Origin: Ministeria vibrans ATCC 50519
Taxonomy: Eukaryota; Protista; Filasterea
Direction: 5' to 3'
Assembly (NCBI GenBank): GCA_943704425.1
Contig: CALSCP010002159.1
Span: 1-64,000 of the forward strand
DNA length: 64,000 nt
The notes beneath the pieces were generated by a model. That model was not told the origin of the DNA. It did no database searches and worked only from the letters and a program-made list of their open reading frames with translations. Positions 26,613 through 40,643 of this stretch are shown here, piece after piece. Positions within the stretch are counted from its first letter, which is position 1, and each line of letters opens with the position of its first letter. The translations under genes were made by a program, and so were the position numbers.

Positions 26613-27801
26613 TTAGAGACGACGTCTCTTGGGGAGACGATTCCCATTGTGTGGCATGGCTACGTGAAGGGATCAGTGTGAGAGCGAGTCGATTGAAAAT
26701 GAAGTGCAAATAGAGAGGGGCTTACGTGTAACGTCGGTGACGGACACAACGTCGATTCCGGCTGCTTGAATGCCACGCAGAGCAGTCTGACGACCCTTGC
26801 CAATACCGCTGATAGCCAAACGTGCCTTGGACAGTCCAAACTCGTTTCGCATTGCCAAGCCCAAGGTCATACCACACACTTGCCCGGCGTGCGCGGTAGA
26901 CTTGCGGGTGTTTTTAAAGCCACACGCTCCGGCGGTTTTAGTCACCAGCACGCGTCCCTGAGGCACAGGGTTAAAAGAAAGTGTCAAACAGTGCATATTA
27001 AACGCTCCACAGTCAAATAGACTTACGTTTTTGTCCGTCAGAGTCACACGCGTGTTATTCGCAGTGGACTGTCACATAGAGAGAGAGAAAGAGAGATACG
27101 TTTGAGAGTTTGACAAGGAGAGGAGAAAAAGAACAAGTGCGTGTGTGTAAGAGAGGGTTTGAGAAAGTTCAGAGAGAGAGAGGGAGTAGAAAGAACAAGT
27201 GCGTAAGGGAGAGGTTAAGAGAGTTTGAGAGAGATTGAGAGAGGTTAAGAGAGATTGAGAGAGGTTAAGAGAGTTTGAGAGAGGTTAAGAGAGAGAGGGG
27301 GGGGNNNNNNNNNNGGGGGGGAGAAAGAACAAGTGCGTGTGTGTGAAAGAGAGAGAGAGAGAGAGAGTGTGTGTGTGAGAAAGAATTAAAGCGAAAGTGA
27401 CAGATTGAATTGGACACTTTGCGTTGACTCTCTAATACTCACCCGAATAAGAAGAATTGGGAGTGAATCAGCGGTGGCCACGCCGTGCTTTCCCATCATC
27501 ATGTTAGACACGACAAACTCTTGGGCGGTGTTCTAATTGGAAGAGCGAAAACAGAAAACGCGTTTGAGAAGAAAAAAAAAAGGAAAAAAGAGAGAGAAGT
27601 TTTGTGGAAAGATACAGAAGCAGCATCGGGAAACTCCATGTCGGTCAGCATAGGGTCAAGGAGGAAGGTGGCGGGCTCGTTGAGGTCGAAGGCGGCTCTG
27701 TGCGGCGGTGCGGACGACGCCAGTGATCGCACGGCACACGCCGATCGCACGCCGGCTGCCCGCTGCACGACGCCCGCTCTTGACGCGAGTAATCTCAGCA
27801 T
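26613..27801 (-). CDS. MRPS11: Mitochondrial ribosomal protein uS11m
   Basis: Arg/Ala-rich presequence, STANNTRVTLTD, TAGACGFKNTRKST, GIGKGRQTALRG, VSVTDVT|PMPHNGNRLPKRRRL*. One intron contains an N-gap. Confidence 0.88.
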
Positions 27802-27882
27802 GCCTGTCGTGCGGACCGGAGAAAGACAAATATTACTGACTAAGTAACTATTTAATTTTATTCAATGATCAGAATTCTCAAA

Positions 27883-30342
27883 TCAGAGGGCAAAGAAGCG
27901 ACGTGTGTTCTCGAGGGCGCGTGCTGCGACACACTCGGGGGTTTCGCCCGTTGACAGGGCTATGGCATCAACAACGCAGGGCAGTAGCGCTGGCTCGTTG
28001 TGGCGCACTTTGGGACGGACATTGCGCGGCGCAAGAAACGGAGCGTCTGAGACAGAGTGAGTGAGTGAGTGAGTGAGTGGGTTAGGGAGACCATGTCTGT
28101 ACCCGTTTCGATCATGAGCCGGTCATTTGGGATCTCAGCAACGACCGATCTGAGAGTGGCGCCTCTGCGCTCGTCACAGATCCAGCCGGTGATGCCAATG
28201 TAGAAGCCGCGTTGGCAGTAGGCGCGCATGTGCTCGCTGGAGCCAGTGAAGCAGTGGATCACGGTCGGCGGAAGCGAATCCTATGGTAATGAGTATACAA
28301 GTAAGAGAGTGGGCGAGTGAGGGGACGGTTGGTACCTTGAACTCATCGAGAATGGCAACGAGGTCGTCAAAGGCACATCGCTCGTGGAGAAACAGGGGCA
28401 TGCGGAGACGCACAGCCAGAGCCACCTGATGGCGAAACCACTCGCGCTGCACCGCTGGCGGGGAAAAGTTGCGGTCATAGTCGAGTCCACACTCGCCTGC
28501 GCACGGGAAATGTGTGAGACATTGCACACATACACACACATACACACACACATTATATATACAAATAATATATATACACAAGTTCGAATGGGAGTGCAAA
28601 AGAGGAAGAGAGTGTGCAAACGTGTACGTACCAATTGCAACCACTCCGGGTTTTCGTGCAAGTTCCTCCAGCGTAGACAGAGTCGTCGCATTGCAGGTCC
28701 TAGCAAACACACAAAGAAAATCAGAGCAAAAAGTGCAGGGACACAATTAGAAAACAAGTACAGATACAAATACACTGCATGACGCACTAATTTAAACTCA
28801 AACGACCACACACATCCCTCCCTCAGTGTCTATCCCACGTACTTTGCGTCGTGCGGGTGCACCCCTGCAGTCGAAAACACCCTGCCCGCAAACCGCTCAG
28901 TGAGCAGTGCACACGCCCGACTCCCCTTCACACTTGTTCCTGTCGCAATTACCCGCGACACTCCTACTGCATTCGCTCGTGCTACACAGCACACACACGC
29001 ACACACAGATACACAATGCAACAGTTAATCAGGATTGCTTCGTGTGTTCTCTCAAAATACCTAAAACGGACTCTGTGTGTGTTCCGTCCAGTGGGTGATG
29101 CGTCAAATTGCTTCCAATGTCGATCATTTCAAAGCGGTTCTCAGTGGGAGCAGCACAAATTGGAAGAGAAGGCAAAGAGGAGGAGGCAGAGTCCGTTGTC
29201 GGGTGGGACTGAGAAGCACTCGTTGCTGCTGCTACTGCTCCTTTGCCTTTCTTCCCTTTGCCCTTTCTGGAGGGCCCCGCTTCCTCTGACCCACTCGCAC
29301 TCGCACCTGATGTGAATGTCGCAGTGACGGTTGCACCGCGGGACATGAGCGCTGTCAGAATTGAGCAAATGTTACGCGAGTCGTCTGTACGCAAACCCCA
29401 AAACAAACACCGATGAGTAGCGTTCAAAAATCCACGGATGTAGGTCTTCTCACCAATTCCTCTGTGGTGTGTCCCGACGAGAGGCAGACCCAACTCGCGC
29501 AACATGTTGTCCATTCCTTTGGCATTGGCGCCTGTCACACGATTGAACACTTTCTTGATGTTGACCCACTCGCGAAAGTAAGTGGGAACCGCAATGTTGA
29601 GCCGTCTGAGTTGTAGCGGTAGCTACAAGAACACACATAGTCAGTGGAAGCATATATACATTACAACGTGTTACACTGACACAATACATACGCACTCACT
29701 GAAATCTCACTCACTCACTCACTCACTCACTCACTCACTCACTCACTCACTCACTCACTCACTCACTCACTCACCATTGTCTTCAGATCCCAGTCTCCGC
29801 ACGTGACAAACACACACGTCTTGCCCTGCGCGAACACATGGTCGTTGAGGTGCGCTGTGTGCTGCTGGAGCACATCCGCAAAGAGAGGCGCACCATCCAC
29901 TTGGTCTTGTCGGATGCTGGTGAGCTGGCGGCAAAACGGGGACAGCTTTGGGTGCAGTTCGGGGCGGACAAAGCTGGCAAACTCCATCTACGCCGCACAA
30001 TAGGGCAGTGTGAGGGACAGAGTGTGTTATGCAACCCACTCACACTCAGCTGTGGTTGTTATGCAACACACACAAACACGTCTCTGCGTACCTCGTCGCA
30101 TCGACGGCCCGACACAGCATCGTAGAACACGGTGGGAAACTCAATGATCTCCATGGCATCGCGGCTAAGAGGCGGTGGAAGGATGATCGGCACTGCTGAT
30201 CGCACACTGATCGCACAACCTGATCGACTTTCCTTCTTTCTTCTTACCTCGGTTCGCCTTTGGTTTTCCCCTCCCAGCACGTGGCTTCAAAGTCAAGCAC
30301 TGCGTAGTAGTCGTATGGTTGCTTGGGAGCAGCAGACGCCAT
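27883..30342 (-). CDS. ERI1-family DEDDh 3'-5' exonuclease fused to a TatD-family nuclease
   Basis: YAVLDFEATC, EIIEFP, FVRP..P.LS.FC..LT.I.Q, TCGDWDL, HHRGIDDSRNI, then in the same exon MIDIGSNL. Later exons give TAGVHPHDAK, IGECGLDY, LFLHER, IHCFTG, GITGWICDERRG, IETDAPFL, NEP. Confidence 0.88.
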
Positions 30343-30579
30343 TGTTCTTGTCGGGACTGCAAAAGAATATAAAAATGACCCAAAACTCAATGAATAAAAA
30401 ATCAATTCTGGATTCTGGTTTGTCTCTCTCAGTTCTCACCAGATCTTATCACACGCCGCTGAAAAAACCCGATCCAAGGCCTCAAGAACATATACAAAAG
30501 AAGTAGATCAGAAGAGTTCAAAATAAATTTCATTTTCTTTTCTCTCTCTCTCTCTCTCTCTCTCACTGTCACAGTCAGA

Positions 30580-32136
30580 ATGAGTGACGCCGCTGCCGTG
30601 CGCGTCGTGATTCGATCCCGACCGCCCAATGCACGCGAGCGGGGCACCGGTGGCTCTGGTGGCGATGTCATTCTTACAATGACAGAAAATCAGGTTTACA
30701 TTTTTTTTTTTCGTTGATGAAATTTTGACCTTTGTCTCCTTTCTTCAGGCGATTCTGACCAACCCAGCGCTGAAGGAGCCTAAAAAGTTCACGTTTGATC
30801 GATGCTACTGGTCGACGAACAAGGCAGACGCGCACTATGCGCCGCAGGAGCTGCTGTACTCCGATCTGGGGGTGTCGGTGCTCAACAACGCCTTTGCCGG
30901 CTACAACACCTGCCTGATGGCGTATGGGCAGACGAGTGCCGGCAAAACATACACCATGATGGGCGCCGAGGGTGATCCGGGGCTCATTCCGCGCTTGTGC
31001 GCCGATCTTTTTGCGCGAATTGCCTCTTGCGAAGGTAAGTGCACCGATTTAGTGCGTCTTGCCTGCCTGGCTGGATGGCGATTGCCTATCGCCAGGCGGC
31101 TCTATAAGAAAGGCTCTATTTTTATTCTTTGAGGACATATGTCATTCGTTGTGTCACTGTCATGTACGATTCTCATCTGTTTTTGGCGTGCAGAGGCGGC
31201 TGTGAGCGCTGGCGAAGTCGTAATGCACACTGTCGAAGTCTCTTACATGGAGGTAACGGAGAGTCTATTCATTCTTGCTGCATGCCTTCCCCTCTCATTT
31301 CGTTTCCGTTTTCTAGATTTACAATGAGAATGTCAAAGATCTCTTAAGTGACCGACGTGCAACAGGCCCCGCGAGTGCGGCGGGACATCATCTGCGTGTG
31401 CGCGAACATCCCATCACAGGACCGTACGTCGAAGGCCTCCGCACTGTCGCCGTCACCACAGAGAAAGACATTGCGGCACTTATTGAGCAGGGAAATCGCG
31501 TGCGGACTACTGCCTCTACCAATATGAACGACGTGAGCAGCCGCTCGCATGCCATCTTTACCATCAAGTTTGATCAAGTAGGAGACAATCAAACAAAGGA
31601 AAAATAAAGGGGAATTAATGAGGAATGTTGGGACAGGTGCGCTATTTGGACGGAACAGACACGCTTGAAGGAGCAATGGAAAAGAGCAGCAAAATCAATC
31701 TTGTCGATCTCGCTGGAAGGTACAAAGAAACAATGGAGGTTTTGTACACATACACAACAATCTCTCTCTCTTTGTCTGTCTGTCTGTCTGTCTGTTTCTG
31801 TCTGTCTGTAGTGAGCGGCAGAGCCACACACTTGCGACGGGCGACCGACTGCGCGAAGGGGCTGCGATTAACAAGTCTCTCTCGACGCTCGGTCTGGTCA
31901 TCTCGACCCTGGCCAAGCGAGGAGCGGGCGGCAGCAGCAGCAAGAAGAAGGAGCTGTTTGTGGCGTACCGTAATTCGGCACTCACGTGGCTGCTTAGGGA
32001 CAGTCTTGGTGGCAACTCAAAGACCATTATGCTTGCGGCAATCAGTCCCGTGCTGGACTGCTATGACGAGTCCCTGTCGACTCTGCGCTATGCCAATGAG
32101 GCCAAGAAGATTGTCAATCATGCGACGGTCAACGAG
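30580..32136 (+). CDS. Kinesin-3 motor domain (KIF16B/KIF13/KIF1-like), 3'-truncated at (AG)n and gap
   Basis: [52 protein letters not shown]|[25 protein letters not shown]. Confidence 0.92.
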
Positions 32137-32148
32137 GTTCGTCGTAAC

Positions 32149-32211
<63 letters not shown>

Positions 32212-32307
32212 NNNNNNNNNNGATTGTTGAGCTTCACAATGAATCGACGCAGTTGCAACAGGCTCAGTCCAAAAGTCTGATGTCTCTTGCGAATTTTCTT
32301 CTTGCAG

Positions 32308-35300
32308 GGCAATCTCACGCTCGAAGAGGCTCTTTTGAGTGAACAGCTCCCCGAAGACCAAGCGGAGCTTACTACAGCAACACCTGCGCCCTTTCCCGAC
32401 TCTCATGCACCTTACGTGCTCCAAGCGACACACTTCTTCGTCGGTCGCATTGATTCCATCGCTGACAAGTGTCTTGCTCATTTCTCGCAACACTACCTGG
32501 TGGGCGAGGCCAACGTCGTGCTCAGGCGTGACTCAGGTGCCACCGTTCCCGTCCAGGTCATCGCTGCCTTCCCTGCCCGCGGCGATGCGCTCCTGCCGTC
32601 GTCAACTCGCAAGCGGACTGTGTCTGAGCGCAAGAAATTGTCGGTGTCCTCCTCGAGTGACAGTGACAGCGATGCCGACATTCAACAACGACACCAACCA
32701 CACAAACGCTCGCGTGTCACGCCGACTGCCGGTTCGGTCCAACCCAATGGCACTGGAGCTAGCGGTCGTGTCGTGTTGCGCTTGCGCGTGTCGTCTGCAA
32801 GTCTGCCACCCCAGTCGCTTGATGAAGCCACCGAAACAGCCCTCAAGCTGGCCACACCCAAAGCTCTCACGCCCAAAGCTCCTCATATGTCCATGTCGAC
32901 TTCTGGAATACCCAACTCACTCAAGACACCGTCGCGTCGTCCGTCAGCAGCAGCTCCCGTCCAAACCACCTCTAGGTGGTCGTACGACGTGCGTGCAGTC
33001 GATGCCAACACCGGTACCCTTGGTCTTGTTGAGCGTGTCGACGAGACACAACTCTCACGCTCTGCCTGCCCCGTCAATCACGCACAGATTTGTGATTTCA
33101 TTCGTCTCGTAGGCCCCATATTGATTCTCTTTGTTTCCCCTGACTCGGCTGTTCTTTCTTGGTCTTCCCTTAGAAAGCCACGCGCGAGAACTACACACAG
33201 TCGCCGTGGGTGGTCAACGCAGATGATTCCATGGCTTTGGGTCTTTTGCAAGATTATCCACCTGACCTGCGCTCCGCCAAAGTGCAACACGATGAGAAAA
33301 TGGCCGACATTTTGGTACGACCTGAAGGCACAAAAAAGCAAAGACGTGTCATTCTTATTTCCTTGTATTGCCAGGCACGAGAAGAACGTCGACGTGAGCT
33401 GGAGTTGATGGAAAAAACTCTAGCACCCGATGCTCTGGCGCAGTATAAAGCACAGTTGCGAAAAAAGCTCAAGGAAGAGAGCGAGTTGCGCGCGCGTCTC
33501 AAGCGAGCCGAGCTACTGAATGAGCCGGTGGAGGACACAGATCTGCCGGTGCGTCATGACGAACCCATCCGTCCCGCAGGCACGCCCGTTGTCACAAGTG
33601 TTCCTCCGCGCATTTATTTGCGTCTATGTGCTGCTTGGAACACTGTTGATGCCTGTGCTCGCGAATTGGCTCTCTCGCCCAAGGTTTGTTTGCCATTAAC
33701 AAAGTTGTCTTGGGTTTTATTTATTTTCTTGCTTTTTTTTATAGCCACGCTACGATGTTTTTGTACGTGCTGTTCTCGGCGACTCAGGCTCTACCGTTGC
33801 CACTGCCACCTCTGTCTACCGCCACCTTCTTGCCGTTAACTTTGCGCAGCTTCCTTCCACCTTCTTTGTGCCATCCAAGAGTGCGTCTCAAAATTTAATA
33901 ATTTTATAATAATTTTATATTTTTTCATTTTCTTCTTCTATAGAGTGCTCGTTTGAAAATACTCAACCCAACTTCGGTGCACAGACGGTGCCTGAACATG
34001 GATGGGAGTCGTCGTGCACCGCTTTCGTCCTGTGGATGTTGGCCCAGCCCGACTGTCAGGTGTCCGCCCAAGACAGCGCGAGCCTTCCTGCCAGTCTCTC
34101 TTCGGCACTTGCCAGCGCCAAGGGCCCATCTTTTGTACAGTGGTCGACCGAAGTGCGTGCGCGTCTCTTTGTTTGTCTAGTCACCCTGACCCTCGGAACA
34201 CCTCGCCTCGTGAACTATGTGCAGCGTCTTCGAGACGGTGCCCTGCAGGCACAGCGCAATGCTGAGGCGGAGCAGAAGCGTCAGCAACAGCAACAGCGGC
34301 GTCAGCTGACCGTGAAGAAACCTGCGCAGCGCAAACGTGGGACCGCAGCGACACCAGTACGACGTGGCAGTACAACAACGTCCAAGAATAAGGCGGCCAC
34401 CGCGCCAAAAACAAAGAGTGCCGGTGCAGTGAGAGCACGTGCATCGGCGAGGGTCTCACCTGCAACAGGCGGAGTACCCTCAAAGAAGCGCGCATCACGA
34501 TCACGCACTCGTCCCAACGTGTCCACGCCTAAGCTGCCGAAGTACCGACTCCCAGACATGACGCATGTGCTCAAAGAGATTCCCATTCCCGATCTTGCCG
34601 CGGAGACAACAGAAACTACGAGTTGCACGATGGCGGTCGGAAATGGTGTCCCAACGATGGAGGACGAGGCAGTGTCCATGGATGTTGATGTGGCTGAGGC
34701 TGCCAACAGCTCAGCCGTAGCCATGGAGGTGGAGATGGCAGGGGACGACACACATGTTTCTATGGACGTAGGCGTCGATGAGCAGCATGTCGACGGTGGT
34801 GTGAAGCGCGCTGGCGTCAACGATGCACAGGCAGCGGTGGCAACAATTGGTTCTCCTACTATCATTTGTGATCCGGCTACGTCCGGTGACCGCCCCATCG
34901 ATTCGTCAACACACGAGACGCTCGAGGCTGCTGTGGTGCCTCCTGTTACCGAGTCAACGCGCAAGGAGCACTCTCCCCAAGTCTCTATCGCTGAGCCTAC
35001 TGATGAACATGCCGTAGTCCTCACCACTTCTACACTACCCGCTGTGAGTGCCTCCGAGCCGTCCATCGTGCCCACATTTGAGCCCGCACTTGGCTTAGCT
35101 CTCGAGTCTAGTCTCGAAGCAATCGACGAGTTACATGTCGCTGTGTCCGCTGCCCAGCAGACTAGTGCGACTGTCAATTCCGCTAATGGGCCGTCCGACA
35201 GCTCTACCGCAACGTCAACTTCCGGTGCCTCCGATCAACCGACAGTGGAGCTTACGGCTGCGCCCGCTGTCGAGCCAGCAGATACGAGTGCCACGCCAAC

Positions 35301-36552
35301 AAATAAGCTCATTGACCATGCTATCGCAGCATCGACCACCTTTGATCTCATTGATGCACCCGAGCCGACGACAGTTGAGCCGACAGCGCAGGCCGTTGCC
35401 GCCTCGTCTGTTGAACAAGCGGCCACCACTGCTGCGTCCATCGACACGACGGGCGAGCCCGTTAACCGCGTTGTCGCGCCCACGCGTACCGCAAGTTCTC
35501 TCGCCGTGTCCCCGCCCAAGGTCCTTGATGGGTCTCCTCGCAGTGTTATTTCGGGGCCTGTTGCTCTCCCTCCGCCCGTACCTGTCCCCAACATTCCGTC
35601 AAGCGTTGGCTCTACCTCGGCGTCATCATCTTCATCTTCATCCTCCGAATCCGATTCCGATTCCGATTCCGACTCCGACTCCGACTCGTCTTCCTCGTCC
35701 TCCTCATCCGATTCTTCCTCGTCCGATTCCGATTCGAGCTCATCCGGCTCTGACTCCTCCGACTCGTCGTCGTCTTCGTCCGACTCAGACTCCTCTGCGT
35801 CTTCAGCTTCTTCTGACTCGTCCGACTCGTCTGATTCCTCCAGCGACAGCTCAGATGACGACGATGAAGATGATGACGATGATGCCGACGCGTACGCCGA
35901 CAATGATGATGACGAGCTACACCTCATGTTTCATCCACGAGCCACCATTCGCCGTCGCTCCATCATTGCCCAGCGGCGAGCGCGCGAGTTGGAGCGGAAA
36001 CAGCGTGACATGATTGTCAAAGAGCAGCAACGCATTATTAAAGTGCAACGACGCGAGGCACGAGCGCGCCAGAGCACCTACCGTGCACAGGTCAAGGAAC
36101 ACACGCGTACGCAGCAGCTCAATTTGGCGCAAGCTGCGCTCGCTCAGATCCAACAACTCGTCGACCAGGACACCGACTTTGAGCGTCTCCTGCAGCGTAC
36201 TCTAAGCCTCCGCGCCGACCCACTCGGCCTCGATCGTCACCGTAATGTCTACTGGTAAGCCGTCTTAGTAGTTATTTTTTTTTTAAAAAAAAAAAATGTT
36301 CTAACCCCAACACCGCTCTTTCCACTTTTCCCCTCGAAAAGGTATTTCGTTGGTGTTCCCGCGCTATTTGTCTTGCCTGCAAACGAAAGTGCCATCGCCT
36401 GCATCACAGATGAAAGTCAACTGAAGCAGCTCATTAACTATTGCAATCCCAAGGGAATCCGCGAGACGTCGCTGCGAGCGCGACTTCGCGAGTCTCGCCG
36501 CAGTTTCATCAAGGATCTCCGTCGTGCTCAGAGGCACGCTCAACCTGTATAA
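32308..36552 (+). CDS. ACF1/BAZ1/Itc1-like ISWI accessory subunit (WAC, DDT-like, WHIM), 5'-truncated
   Basis: GNLTLEEALLSE (end of WAC), EPVEDTDL, PLGLDRHRNVYW|YF (WHIM2) and LKQLINYCNPKGIRETSL (WHIM3), with long low-complexity Ser/Asp segments. Confidence 0.72.
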
Positions 36553-36943
36553 ACTCTTTTACTATATATGTAATACTGTTTTCTCATTGTCAGTTGTCGA
36601 TCAGTCGATGCACCCCACCTATAACCTTACTAAGGTGAGGGGAGTCGTCGCGTTTGTATACTATGAATACGAATACTATTGGTCGTGATTTCACAAAAAT
36701 TAATATAATAATATAATAATAATAATTATTTCAAATCAGACAAAATAAAAGCAGGACCGCGCTTCTGCCATAGGGTACTATATGCAAAATGATGTTATTG
36801 ATGAGTCATAAGAGGATCTCGAGGGTCGTCTAAGGCCCTCGGAACACTGTGCCAAGTGTCCCAGTCGAATTGCCCAAGTCACATTAGTCACTCTCAGACT
36901 CCCAACTCAACGTCCTCTTTTATTCCGCTTGCGCAACCTTAAA

Positions 36944-37772
<829 letters not shown>

Positions 37773-37869
37773 TAAGCAGTAATAGCACCCTTCTCTACGT
37801 TGTGTGTCTTGTGTTTCAATGTCCTCTTTTGTGTCGTGTGTGTGTGTTTCGTCGCTCCTCCCTTTCTCA

Positions 37870-38075
<206 letters not shown>

Positions 38076-38084
38076 TTCACTCGC

Positions 38085-38226
38085 CTGCATTGCGCGTCAA
38101 TCCATGCACACACAGCACAAGTTCGACGTCTCCCTCAGCGCCCACCGGTGAGTATTCTACGAATGCGATGCGGTGTTTCCTTTCGCCCGTTGTCACCACA
38201 ACACTCTTTTCCTCGACGCTGCACAT
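38085..38226 (-). CDS. First exon of an alpha/beta hydrolase; remainder absent
   Basis: MCSVEEKSV...HRIAFVEY...VLCVHGLTRNA, then a GC-type donor (G|GCGAGT) leading into the microsatellite. Confidence 0.6.
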
Positions 38227-38444
38227 CTCTTCAAAGTCCAAAAGCACGCACACAACTTCCGTGGGGACTGGGGAGTATACAATGGAAATTTCGAGCAACA
38301 CCTCGCAGTGGCACCGGTGCAGATCAGAATATATTTGGAAGTAGATGATCGCAAAAGCTATTCAGAGAAGGAATTCTCGTCAATTCATTAAAATAGTTAT
38401 TCTCACACTTCTCTCTCCCTCCCTCTCTCTCTCTCTGCCTGTCT

Positions 38445-39842
38445 ATGTTAAATAGCCAGTGCCCCCGGTCGGGAAGGGCGGTCAGGGCGGACTCGCTGGC
38501 GACGTACCGTGGGCACACGGTGGGCTTTTGCAATGGGCAGTGCCGGGACGACTTCACCGCACACCCTGAGCGATACGCCGACGAGCGCGCCCTGTTCGAC
38601 GCCCTCATTGCGGCAGGGGGTGCGCGCACTGCCGGGTGTGTGCTGGACCGCATCAACGACCACCTGCTTCTCGCTGTCTTCCAGCACCTTCCCTTTGTTG
38701 ATGTCGTCCACACTCTGCCGCGCGTCTGCCGTCGTTTCCGCCGCGTTGCGCACGACTCCGCCCTCTGGCGCACGTACGCCTTGAGGATACTCTGGCGTGA
38801 CCATGGGCCTGTAGGCTCGCCCGTGCTTGACGTCATACCATTGCCATTGGGCGAACAGAGCGCACCGCACACTCAAAACGAGTACTACTTTTTATTCATT
38901 CTCAACTTTGTTTTTTTTCCTTCTTCTTCTTCCTTCTTTCTCACACACACGTTGTGCCTTTCCTCTCTGTCTATCTTTATCCGTAGTCCATACTCGGTCT
39001 TTCGTGATCGGTATCTCTCGCACATCAAACACGAACACCTTCTCTTTGGCATGCTCAAACTTCCGCGCCCCGCTCCACCTGCGTCGCCCTTTGATCCACT
39101 CACTCTCTCACGACTCGACGAGTTTGAAGCCACTCACAATCTCCGCTTCCCATCCTCCCTGCGCTTCTTCCTCTCACTGCGCAACATCAAACAGCTCATC
39201 TTCAAAGTGACCAAGGCCAACGAGAACCTCCTCGATCCGTGGGAGAGCGAACGGCCCGCCCTCATCATCCTCACAACTCCTGTGCGACCCCACAACGCCC
39301 GTCCTCCTCCCTCTTCCCCCACTTCAGCACGCCCCACCGGTCGCTCCGACACTGCAACAACAACAACGACTTCTACTCCTGAAGAATGCGAGTCGCCGTC
39401 CACACCTGCCGTGCGTGAACTTGAGTTCCGCATCCATCACCAAATCGACATTGTCATGTCCCTCCCGCATGAACTCCTCCAAATGGGCCTTCAAGAAGAT
39501 GAATCACCCTTGCCATCACAATCCCCGCCACCCCCACCCCTCGATCCTCACATGCACCCCCATCACCGTCGCACTGTGCTCTTCCGCTTCCTCGAGCGTC
39601 GTGACATCCCCTGGTTCCGCTACGTCCTTTTCCCCTGCCACTCCGCAGACGCCGATCCTCCCGTCTTTGCCTCCTCCGTGCCCCTCTTCAGCGCTCGCGA
39701 CTTCCGCGAACACCTCCACTCTCTTACACTCATTCACAACCACTTCTCCGAGTTCTGGCTCGCCCATATAGACCGCCAGCTGCAGTGGCACAAAAAGAAT
39801 CCCTTCTTTCTCGATATAGACTCTCTCTCGCTGACAGACTAA
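38445..39842 (+). CDS. YHS-like domain, F-box and SMI1/KNR4-like domain protein
   Basis: NSQCPRSGRAV...YRGHTVGFCNGQCRDDF (YHS-like), INDHLLLAVFQHLP..LPRVCRRFRRVAHDSALW (F-box), LDEFEATHNLRFPSSLRFFL (SMI1-like). Probable intron at ~38883-38985. Confidence 0.7.
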   Translation: MLNSQCPRSGRAVRADSLATYRGHTVGFCNGQCRDDFTAHPERYADERALFDALIAAGGARTAGCVLDRINDHLLLAVFQHLPFVDVVHTLPRVCRRFRRVAHDSALWRTYALRILWRDHGPVGSPVLDVIPLPLGEQSAPHTQNEYYFLFILNFVFFPSSSSFFLTHTLCLSSLSIFIRSPYSVFRDRYLSHIKHEHLLFGMLKLPRPAPPASPFDPLTLSRLDEFEATHNLRFPSSLRFFLSLRNIKQLIFKVTKANENLLDPWESERPALIILTTPVRPHNARPPPSSPTSARPTGRSDTATTTTTSTPEECESPSTPAVRELEFRIHHQIDIVMSLPHELLQMGLQEDESPLPSQSPPPPPLDPHMHPHHRRTVLFRFLERRDIPWFRYVLFPCHSADADPPVFASSVPLFSARDFREHLHSLTLIHNHFSEFWLAHIDRQLQWHKKNPFFLDIDSLSLTD

Positions 39843-39919
39843 TGTTTACCCTGTACACAATACAAATACACACTTCTTCACACCCACCCACATCTCTCTT
39901 CCGTCCTCCACCTCCTCTC

Positions 39920-40549
39920 TCATACTGCGTCGGGACAACCGCACTTCCAGCGCTGTTCAACGGTCGCACAGTCAAAGTGCTCTTTGCCCAGTCGTTTGTT
40001 CACAATGTTGTGCGCACTGCACAGCCATTGCATAAATGCCTTTCGTGACTCAAGCTACGCACACAACACGTATATTCAACTTCGTGACAACCCCTTTTGT
40101 GCTTTTTTTTTGTTGTGGTTGTTGTTGTTGCTTACTCTGGGTGGAAAGTTGTGGATCAACGCACGAAAATGTCGAGCACACTACGTGTAACGCGAAGTTG
40201 CTTTTTTAGTCTTTTCCATCATCGATTGCTTGAGCTCTGCAGTACACATACCTCTCCACACGGATAGAGTAATGAGAGACGGTCGAGAAACTCATAGGCT
40301 GTCGCCTGTAAAGAACAAGCGTGAGAAGAGAGAGAGATGAGAAAAGAGAGATGAACACACACGGAAGATCATTCAGATCAATAATCATCACTGCACAGTC
40401 CTGACCTGCTCATCGGATGTTGGCTCGTCGGGAAAGCGCGCAGCCATCGTATGCAGCAGAGTCCACGACGCACGCCCCAGCTCAGCACGCAGCGTCGCAT
40501 TGCCCAGTGCGTCCATGATCACGTCGTCGGAACTGGCGTCGGGAGGAGC

Positions 40550-40550
<1 letters not shown>
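39920..40550 (-). CDS. ERV2: Erv2-type FAD-linked sulfhydryl oxidase, 5'-truncated
   Basis: LGNATLRAELGRASWTLLHTMAARFP, LYPCGE|CARHF, WLCSAHNIVNKRLGKEHFDC, C-terminal WKCGC. Confidence 0.85.

Positions 40551-40643
<93 letters not shown>

Noticed and set aside
27120-27345. 20-nt tandem repeat (GAGAGGTTAAGAGAG[A/T]TTGA) and three GAACAAGTGCGT copies in an MRPS11 intron
   Set aside because: Local slippage minisatellite next to a gap; no terminal repeats or coding capacity of a mobile element.
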